Positions 53,457 to 64,000 of a stretch of 64,000 bases of DNA are shown here, in pieces (position 1 is the stretch's first letter; the number at the start of each line of letters is the position of its first letter). Below the pieces are notes generated by a model. It ran no database searches. It saw only the letters and a list, made by a program, of their open reading frames with translations, and was not told the DNA's origin. A program made the position numbers and the translations under genes. Where the stretch lies: assembly GCF_006345805.1 (NCBI RefSeq), contig NC_043002.1:26412001-26476000 (forward strand). The letters run 5' to 3'. The stretch comes from Octopus sinensis (Eukaryota).

Positions 53457-54444
53457 TTTATCTTTTACGTGTTCAGTCACTAGACTGCGGCCATGCTAGG
53501 GCAACGCTTTGTAGAATGTTTTAACCGAATGAATATTTTCCAGTAGACTTTTTAAAGTCTGGTACTTATTCTATCGGCGCTTCTTGTCAAACCACTACCT
53601 TACAGTGTTCTAAACACACCATCAGTAGTTGTCAAGCGGTTGTCGCGAACAAGGACACACACACACACACACACACGAAATGTCATTTTTCTCTTTTGTT
53701 CAAACAAATTCACACAGAACTGTTTGGTAGACCCAAAGCTATAATAAATGACACTTGCCCTGGGTGCCACCCAGTAGTCGAAACCGGGTTCATGCGGTTG
53801 GGAATCAAGCTTCTTACCATACAACCATACAACCACTCCTATATGAAACATTTTTGTGTGTGTATCTATGTATATGATTTATATATCAGTACATGTTATA
53901 TTACAGCTGTCCTTATATTTATACATTAGTTCTAGAGCATTTTTATATTTTTCATCGTGCCTATGTGAAATATTTATAGGTATATGATCAAGTTTAACTT
54001 TGATCGTTATAGCAATTCGAAAAGTTTATGACGCACAAACTTTTTGGATAAAATGTGGCTAATATTTTGAAACTTAGTATGTATAGAGATGAATTTCAAA
54101 GTTGTTAACATTGTCTATAAATGTTTTTTCCTTTAATTGTATGTCATCATCGATAGAATTTATAAGTAGGAATTTAAGTGATATTTCATGTTTTGAAGTT
54201 ACATGAGAGAAATTTTAATCAATCTCGAGACTGACTATATGCATTTATGTGTGTCGAAGAAGAGCTATGCTCGAAACATAAACCTACTATTCTTTCCTTC
54301 TCTGAACACCTTATTAATATATTGTGCTACATCCACACGTTCGTTTGTTTTTTTTTCTTTTCTCTGTGTTTCTTTAAATTGACTATACACAAGCACACTC
54401 ACATATTCATACACCTACACACAAACACACACACACACGCCATG

Positions 54445-55315
54445 AAGAGCCATATGGTTTTGAAGCAAGTTTCTTTTACATAGACACACCTGAGTAAGGA
54501 GTTCTTGTTGAGTGAGTAGTATCGAGGTATAAGTAGCTTATCTGGCGTATACTTTCAAGAAAATTTTCCAGATTCCGTTTAAAAGTGAAGAGATCCTTTT
54601 CTCTTTGATCTGTTTTGGGATAGGACTTCTTGGGGAAAAGAAATTGTGTTACAGTGTATTTATGTGTTGTTAGGACGTATGGCAGAGGACGTATGGCTCG
54701 TGGTTCTAGCCATGGATGAATTTTGAAACTAATGTTGAGGTCGTCTGGGCAATACTGGTGGTATATTCTCCACATAGTGCACAGGATGTATCACCCACGA
54801 CGGCGCTGGAGAGAATAGAGTTTCAGTGCTTTAAGGCGGTTCCAATAATCGAGATCAGTTATGCCTTTAATTCTTTAAGTGAACGACCTCTGGGGTTATC
54901 CAAATTTAAAATATTTTTTCTCGTGTAAGGAGACCAAAGACAGCAGCAGTATTCGAATTGTGACCGTACAAAGGAGGAGAAAAGAGGAATTATGACACCT
55001 TGTTCTCTGAACCGGAAGGTTCTTAAGATCCAAGAGCTCATTCTATATCGACCTTATATATCAACATTATATCAACCTTATTATTGATTTGGGCACTGCA
55101 GCTGGGATTGTGGTAAAGAACTACTCCCAGATCTCTGATATTATTAGATGCTGTGAATGGTTCCCCTGAAGAAGAAGAATATGGTTGTTGTTTTTGTAGA
55201 CCAGACTAGAGCTTGGAGTAATTGGCGAATATTTTCATTAGGCTGTGATTGATGACGCTTGAAATGTTTATATAGACAATAAACAGAAGATTCAGGTCAG
55301 TACCCTGATGAGCTC
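54445..55315 (-). mobile_element. Degraded 3' fragment of a related CR1-clade LINE
   Basis: Minus-strand HQGTDLNLLFIVYINISSVINHSLMKIFANYSKL, MSSWILRTF and MWRIYHQYCPDD...PRAIRP align to the RT and C-terminus of the 48730-53128 element. Confidence 0.85.
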
Positions 55316-56881
55316 TGTGTGTGTGTGTGTGTGTGAGAGAGAGATTGCGAGTATATGTGTGTGTGTGCGTGTATCGACTGAGGATAGAAAACTCTGAATG
55401 ATCCGTCCTTGTTTTCCTTGTATCGTCTGCCTGGATATTTTATTTTCCTTCTTTTTGTTTCACCTAACTCTCTGGCTGTTTTGCATTCTTGTCCCATTTG
55501 TGTACTTTTTTATATATAAAATATAGCAGCGTACGTACATTTTGGTCTCTTATATGTTAGTATAAAAATCTAAATTTTGTACGACTTTATTGTTCTTTGT
55601 ATTCTTTCATTCTTTCTTGTTTTTCTTTCAGTCCTTTCACACTTCGTTCATTTCACTCTTCGTTCTTTCGTCCCCTCTCTCTCACATTTCCTGGTCTTCT
55701 CTTCATGCTCACTTTCCCTCTTTCACTTCACTGTGTCTCTTTCACTTTTCTCTCGCCCTTCCTTAATACCTCTATCCCCCTAACTCTACGTCTCTCTTTT
55801 CTCTCCCCACGTGACCGGTGTTCGGCCAGGCCTGATCTTTCTTTCTTTGTTGGACTACTGTCCGTACATTTATATTCCTTCTTGTGCTTGTTAAAACTTA
55901 TGTCCCTGCCGTACGGCTTTACTTCCACACACACCAGCTTAATTTAATTCGTCCATTTCCCCTCTTTTGAAGCGTTGTAATAATACAACATTTGACATTT
56001 TGGACGTAGGTCCTTCTTCACAAACAATAAAGCAATAAAAAAAACTGGTGGGAGGTAAAGGATAATATGTAATTCAAAGCATCTATTTAAGAAGACAGTG
56101 GCCTCTGGATATGATTTGGTCATTGGATCTGATGGACCAGGTAACCAGCGAGGGTCTTCTTGACGTGGTCATGCTGTCTTATTCCTAGAATATTTTGTTA
56201 TTAGTAGTTTTGCTGTTTAATATTTTAGTACCCCAATACAATCATGACTAAAACAAAATCAGCAATGTTTTACTATCAGTGTGCTTGATAAGAAAAAATG
56301 TTTCGTGTTCTGTACAAATGACCAACATACCTATCCACGATAATTTGCAATATATTTCGATAACAGTAAACGTGATAGGAACCAATATATCAATATGATA
56401 AATGATAAATAAAGGCAATCAAATGTGTCAAAAATCTCTATTAATGGCGTCATTTATTAAAGCAAAATATTATCAGTTCGTGTTATAGGATTCTCAGCGT
56501 CAATTAAAGGAATTCGACCTGTTAGACTGAATAGCAATATCTCTTTTATACTATGTACCACAAGATATAATAGAAAGAAGGAATATAAGAATTCAGTCTT
56601 AGATATTTTTATACTGTTATTGTTTACACATCTTGTTTTTCACAAACAACAAACAAAAAGCTATGTATTAAGCACACCATCCTCAAATTTCCTTTATATC
56701 TCAGTCATTGATTAATGTTCATGAAATATGATTCCTTTAATGAAATCATTAATGGCAACTTCGTAACATGATGCGTGAGTATTAAATAGTGTTATTGCTA
56801 CTGTATACAGTATCAATATCTGCTAGAATTTAAAGTTCCACTTACAAATACGCACAAATACACACACACACACACACACAC

Positions 56882-56912
<31 letters not shown>

Positions 56913-57107
56913 CACCAGAGAGTTCCAAAGAAACTTGGTCTACGTAATTAATTCAAAAGTTAGGAGCGACTCAGGGCCATATCAGAAAGCATTTGCCCTA
57001 GTGTTGCGCCGTAGGACACAACTCGAACCCATGCAGTATTGAAGCCAGTTTCGAATCCACATAGCCTCAACAACGCTTATATATATGTACATACATGCAT
57101 GTATGTA

Positions 57108-58321
57108 CGAGGGAGTACCTAAAAGTAACCGGAAACGTTGTCTGAGGGACAAGCTCATTGTACTTCAGGTTTCCACCACTAGAAGTCACTTGATGTGACT
57201 CTCAAGCATCAGTTTGTTGACTGGCGTTGTCCGCTGGCTTCGAACAGTCACGTAGTGCGCCTCTGTTTTGCAGTGCTTCTCCTTTGTTCGTCGATTTTTG
57301 CGATGACTGAAAAAGAACAACGTGTTTCTGTGAAATTCTGTTTTCTGCCGAAACAGTTGTCATGTTTCAAACAGCTCACAAGGACGCTGCCATGAGCAAA
57401 ACACAAGTTTACAAGTGGTTTTCATGTTTTAGGAATGGTCGCTTGAAGACCAATCTCATTCAGGGCGAACTTTGATCTGAACGAAAAAAAACATCACGAA
57501 TATTCATGAACTGCTGTTGCATGACCGTCACCGAACATTTAATGAACTTGTCGATAGGGTTGGTGTGTCCTGGAACTCCTGCCAACGAGTTTTGAGCGAG
57601 GAATTGCGAACGAAAAGATTGCAACAAAATTTGTGCCTCCCTTACTCAATGAAGATCAAAAGCGGTCATGACTGAATGCGTGTCGTGCACTGACAGAACA
57701 GTTGGAGGTTTGATCTGGACCTTTATTCAAAAGTCACCATTGGTGACGAAAGGTGGTGCTACAGTTACAACAGGGAAGCGAAGCACCAATGAAGTCAATG
57801 CGAAAGGAATTGTCCACACAGAATTTGTTCCTCCTCGTCAAACTGTTGACCAGACATTTTATTAGGCAGTTTTGAAACATTTGCGAGACGCGGTAAGACG
57901 AAAACGCCCCGACCTGTGGAGATTGGTGGTTTCATCACAACAATGCACCTGTGCTCAACACCTTGAGAGTGAGAGAGATTTTTAGCAAAAAATAGCATGA
58001 CTCACTTAAAAACACCCCCACCACCACAGCCACCACCACCGCCATCACCACCATCACCACCACCATCATTCACCTACTCTTGCTCACTGCAACATTTTTT
58101 TGTTCCCCGAATGATAGAAGTCCTTTAAGGAAATTATCTAAACCTTTTGCAGATACGGAAAAGTTAAAGAAAGAAGAGAGGCGTTAAATGGCATCACAGG
58201 ACTGTTGCGATCAGTGGAAAGCGCGCCTGGACATATACATACTTTGAAGGCGATAAAAGCGTAAACATGTAAAACTAACTGAATACATTATTACTGCAAA
58301 CTTCCGGTTTCCTTTGGATAT

Positions 58322-58324
<3 letters not shown>
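57108..58324 (+). mobile_element. Degraded mariner transposon
   Basis: TA-flanked TIR remnants (CGAGGGAGTACCTAAAAGTAACCGGAA / TTCCGGTTTCCTTTGGATATCCC). MTEKEQRVSVKFCF, KFVPPLL, GIVHTEFVP..QTVDQTFY, HHNNAP; many lesions; internal (CAC)n. Confidence 0.88.
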
Positions 58325-58385
<61 letters not shown>

Positions 58386-58488
58386 ATGTGTGCGTATATA
58401 TATATATATATATATATGTATACATGTATAAATATATCTATATACATATATAAATATATGTATATATATATATAAATATAAATATATC

Positions 58489-58521
<33 letters not shown>

Positions 58522-58525
58522 CTAT

Positions 58526-58610
<85 letters not shown>

Positions 58611-59844
58611 GTTGGCATTTAAGTTCCAGCGGCTTTTTTAAAGTTTGGAATTTTGTTGCGTTTTTAAATTTTCGAACCTATTTTTTTGAAGAATTCTATT
58701 TATGAATCATTTTGGAATCTATTTTGTTTTTATTTTTCTAGTTAATTTTAGTTAATTTTTGTTTATTTTCAGATAATTAAAATGGAATGTCAAGTTAAGA
58801 AAAAAGAAAAAACAGTATTTTCAACACCTCCTTTTTGCTTTTAATCAAGCTTCTGAGGCTGGAAAAGCTGCTCGTGACATTTGTGCTGTATATGTATACC
58901 ATTTTGCTTAAATAATGGATCTCCAGAAATCCACCCACAAGGCTTTGCTCGGCCGGCCCGAGGCTGTAGTTGAAGAGACTTGCCCAAGGTGCCACGCAGT
59001 GGAACTGAACCCGGAACCATGTGGTTGTGAAGCAAGCTTCTTACCACAGCCACTCCCATACGTGCGTATTTGCACGTATATGCATTTGTGTGCGTATTTG
59101 TGTGTACATATATATATATGCACATGTGTGGGTGTGTGTGGGCTTGTATTCAGTTTCGATAACTATAACTAGAAGATTAAGTAGTCTGTCTGTAAGTCTG
59201 TCATAATCTGTGGCAGAGAAAATACGGGTCGATGGAGAAAAAGAAAGAGAAAAAGACAAAGGAGAGGGAAAGAGTGAGAGAAAGAGTGAGAGAGAGAGAG
59301 AAAGAGCGAGAGAGAGAAAGAGCGGGAGTGAGACATATATACACACACATACTTACACAGAGTGAGAGAAATAAAAAGAGAGTGAGAGAGAGGTAGCACG
59401 TTAATTTAGTAGACGCTAAACAGGAAAGAGTATTAATATTTTATAATGTCTGATCACAGTAAGGCGCAACTTCTCTTCATTACCGTCTTCTGATTCCGTT
59501 ACAAAATATAGCTCAGTAATAAATTGTCTTCTTCAACCTACAATAAAATATAATTCGTCCAGCTTGGTCTCTGCTCTCTTCTGTCTTTTTTTTCCTTTGG
59601 ATACAAAGGACCAGTGCTTTCAAAAGTAATTATTTTGTCTGAGAAAATGCTCTAGCAGTAGTGAAACCTGTTCATATTTGTCAGATTGTGGAGGTTGTTA
59701 GAGAAGAAGGGACTCATTGAATCGGTGTGATGTTCTTTAGACACTGGGACAGGGGTGAGTTACCTGTAAAAAAAACGGTGTTGTCACATCTATAACGTCT
59801 TTGATCATAGGTCTACTCAATTTTGAGCAGGTGTTAAGCAAAAA

Positions 59845-59904
59845 CTACAACAACAATAACAACAACTACTACTACTACTACTATTACTACTACTACTACT
59901 ACTA

Positions 59905-59946
<42 letters not shown>

Positions 59947-59990
59947 CATCACCACTACAACCACCACCTCCACTACCACCACTACTACTA
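59845..59990. repeat. Compound (AAC)n-(TAC)n-(CAC)n microsatellite
   Basis: Direct reading. Confidence 0.95.
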
Positions 59991-60367
59991 AATCTTTTGG
60001 GGAAATCAAGTCGGCGCAGACTGTAAAACCGACCTAAAACCGGTTATTGCCCTGTGGTGGACGTGATCCGTATATGAATTTAAGACCACCACATGGTATA
60101 TAGAGGTTGTTAGTGGGTACCTGTATGTTGCAGCCATGTAGAAAGAAATATCCCGTTTGCATGCCAGATATCCGGTCGGAAGCTCAGCTGTAAACTCTGT
60201 GGACCATGCATCCAATGTCATCGTGAATGCTTTCCCTCCCAGATTCAACAAGCAAAAAGGGTAAAACACTAATATAAAAAAATAGGCCGATTAATCGTTG
60301 ACAGTATTCTACTGTAACGTGCGCGGATTTCAGTTTATTGTTTTTCTTACAAAGTCATAAAATAATG

Positions 60368-60782
60368 CGTAGGTGTGGATGTGTGGTAAGTAGCTTGCTT
60401 ACGAACTACATGGTTCCGGGTTCAGTCCCACTGCGGGGCACCTTGCGTAAGTGTCTTCTACTATAGCCTCGGGCCGACGAAAGGCTTGTGAGTGGATTTG
60501 GTAAACGGAAACTAAAAGAAGCCCGTTGTATATATGTATATATGTATGTGTGTGTATATGTTTGTGTGTCTGTGTTCGTCCCCTCAACATCGCTTGACAA
60601 CAGATGCTGGTGTGTTTACGTCCCCGTAAATTAGCGGTTCGGCAAAAGAGAACGATAGAATAATTACAAGGCTTACAAAGAATAAGTCCTGAGGTCGATT
60701 TGCTCGACTAAAGTCGGTGCTCCAGCATGGCCACAGTCAAATGACTGAAACAAATAAAAGAGTAAAAAGAGTAAAGAGTAAT
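60368..60782 (+). mobile_element. Composite SINE with internal (TG/TA)n and tandem 3' tail
   Basis: tRNA-like head (TGTGGTAAG...GGTTCAGTCCC), central microsatellite, (AAAGAGTA)-like tail. Partial copies at ~3155-3330, 10220-10400, 11590-11735, 26545-26945, 39225-39560, 53480-53830 and 58920-59060. Confidence 0.8.
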
Positions 60783-61601
60783 GCATTTGAGAGCAGGGAT
60801 CAGCCGATCATCTCGATGCGGTACTTGACAGGAACTTAAGCGCTTTTAGTGAATAGATTTACAGTAAGACGTTCTTTCATCGTAGAGATACTAGTAACAT
60901 GTCACCCGGTACAACTTTTCTTTAAACTCGAGCAAATTTGTTTATTTGGTAATCGGTGAATTATTGCCTTTTAAGCAAGACCTCAGTTGAACGGATACCT
61001 TCATCAGAAAAATCTAGAATTATAATAATCGTTGTTTCTTAACGGCAACAATAATAGCTTCTGATTTTGATGGAAGGCCAATAAATTTGAGGAGAGGGAT
61101 AAGTTGATAACCTCACTACTTAAGCTATTCATTTTATCGACAAATGGCGAACTTGGCCTTAGCGGAATTTGAATTCACAACGTAATAAACCAGTACAAGT
61201 TCCGAATTTGCTTCCCTCGTAAAGTCGAATTCAGCGGAATTTGAACACATAGCGTAAAGGGGACAGCCGATTTAATAATAATTAGTAAAGCAAAAGATAT
61301 AGAAGTATTGCTTAAAAAATATTACATCTAAGTGTATTTATAAGGAATTTTTTTTTGGTCTCTTATAAGTATAAAACCTAAATTTCGTACGACTCTATTG
61401 TTATTTGTAAGATATGCATGTATAATATGCATGTTTAATTATATATAAGTTTCGTAAGGTGTATCTATGTTTTTTTTTTACCCAACATTGTTGATATTGT
61501 TGATATAATTCTTGAACCATGAATAATATATATAATGAAGGTTTCAGAACGGAAGTATTAAATATTATCTCAAGATTCGTCATGTATATATATATACATA
61601 C

Positions 61602-61676
<75 letters not shown>

Positions 61677-61727
61677 TGTATATATATATATATAAATACA
61701 TATATATATATACATATATATATATAC

Positions 61728-61804
<77 letters not shown>

Positions 61805-61841
61805 TATATATATAAATGCATGTATATATGTATGTATGTAC

Positions 61842-61880
<39 letters not shown>

Positions 61881-62245
61881 CACAGGCATGTATATAATTA
61901 AATATTGGTCTTTACAGGAAAATAGGAGATTACATTCTCTTCCCTTAGAGGATTATTTAATATTAAAAGAAATAAACATGATGATATTATTTAGCTGCTC
62001 ACACACATTAACACACACTCTCATCTAATGCGTAGCGCAGTCTGGCAATACGCTCAACAACATGAATGCAAAGTGAACTTTCCGTAATCATACGGTCAAT
62101 TTTGCCTCTTTCGTAAATAAAAATATCTTTGTGAGGATTATGCATTCTGAAATGTGCTAAGAGATGTATATATATAACAAATAAAAAGGGAAGAAAAATT
62201 GTATACATACATACAGACTGATAGACATAAATATATATCTATATA

Positions 62246-62388
<143 letters not shown>

Positions 62389-62425
62389 TATGTATGTATA
62401 TATATATATATATGTATATATATAA

Positions 62426-62483
<58 letters not shown>

Positions 62484-63957
62484 GATATATATATATTATA
62501 TATATATATATATATATGCATATATATATGCACATATATACACAAACACAGGTACACATACGTATGGCATGATATGGTTTTCTCTGTAATATGGAATTAA
62601 ATGATTTGTAGCATCATATTCAAAGACGTGATTAATACTAAATTACAAATATAAAATAAATAAAGTAATATGCTACAAAACCAAAGAACGGCATTAAAAA
62701 AGATTAGAGTGATTTGTTTTCCACTTACTCATACAAAGTTTACATATATTTATAAAGTAGTTAGAAACGGACGAAAGGGGAATGAATATTTTTACATGGT
62801 ATGTATATACGTTAGATTGTGAGGCATCAATTCAGTTTCGAGCAAGCCAGTTTGCTTTTGCAGATATATGCCTTTAAATGGCTTCATAGCACTCCTACTA
62901 CGGGCTTTTACGTGGCCACTTAGCCCTGAATATGTTTCAAATTTTGGTTAACAAATGTAGCCCGTGATTTTCCACCACCCTAGTCCATTCTTCGAAAGTA
63001 GATTTTCAGCCCAGTAGGAAAAAATGAAGACGCTTTCGTTTCTGACATAAAGGACGAAAGTGCTCTATTTGTGCTTTTGATTCTGTTTGTAAATATAAAT
63101 ATCTCGTGTTAGTTCCATGAAATACGATGTGTGATGATTGAAGGATGTTACGGCTGGGTTTTGAAAGTGTAATTCAAGTGTAATTCATCAGAGATTGCGC
63201 ATTATCACTCGACACTTTGCCATAAAATAGCTTGCAAGTTTTCGACACAACGTCTAATCATTTCATGGACAATTCGAATTTTCTAACCATTCTTTGGTGT
63301 TCAGTGCGAAATGTTTCACATGAGCTGATTTTCAAGTAACTAAAATTACTCCTTGCGATATGAAGAAAAATTTGTTTTCGTTTGTGCTAGGGATGCCTAA
63401 CAAAAACAAATCCTGCATAACGTAACAGCTTCGGAAGCTTCAATTTATCAATACGTATAACATAACCAATATGTCGTACAGTTAAATCTAGCTGAGGTGA
63501 GCTTCCCTGCTCAGGCATCACGCCTAATTCAGTATTTCTTTTTTAGTTATAAACAACTTTCAATTTGTACGCAAGTGTATGAGTGTACGTGTGTGTATGT
63601 TTGTAAGTTTGTGCTTCAGTGTACATGTGTGAGTAGACGTATGCCTAACTTATAATATGGGTACATTAAATAAACAGACATTCAGCCGAGGTAAGTAAGT
63701 AGTTCACCTGGTTAAACCACAGAACACTGTTTACTGACCGGATAATTTAAGTGTTGTTTTTTTTTTTTTAAAAGAAGACATTAATGGCAAACACATTTAA
63801 AAGCCTAAGAAATTTAAAACAACTATGAAAACTATAAAGGATTTATTTTCATATCAGCACTATCTATACGTAGTTATTTTCAAACTAATGGTACAATACT
63901 CTAGCTTCGATGACAGAGATTCTGATGATGACGATAGTATTGGTGATGATGATGATG

Positions 63958-64000
<43 letters not shown>

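Noticed and set aside
55305-55311. CTGATGA hammerhead core
   Set aside because: It is the antisense of the PQG-equivalent codons of the degraded CR1 RT, with no GAAA or stems.

Overview
Repeat-saturated, AT-rich animal genomic DNA. The microsatellite density and tRNA-derived SINE families resemble Octopus (cephalopod) DNA; this is from recall, not a search. No host protein-coding gene can be supported. The main result is a ~9.4 kb array (~29759-39178) of a near-identical ~490 bp unit. Each unit carries a complete type I hammerhead ribozyme: 8-bp stem I, CUGAAGA core, 5-bp stem II closing a 58-nt insert, GAAA, palindromic stem III, GUA cleavage triplet. This matches a non-LTR 'retrozyme' (self-cleaving, putatively circular RNA satellite). 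About 11.7 units point one way and ~7.5 the other; they are joined at a 4-nt microhomology inside the ribozyme's stem III palindrome, and both outer ends abut (TA)n. The second notable element is a near-complete CR1-clade LINE (~48730-53128). Its ORF1 combines a Myb/SANT-like domain, poly-Q and two CCCH fingers, and it meets ORF2 at an in-phase U_UUU_UUA heptamer. The rest is Penelope-like fragments with nearby degenerate hammerheads, Tc1/mariner/maT relics, an R4/Dong-type 3' end, an RTE relic, SINEs, long palindromes and simple repeats. All alignments and folds were done by eye; coordinates of degraded elements are approximate.
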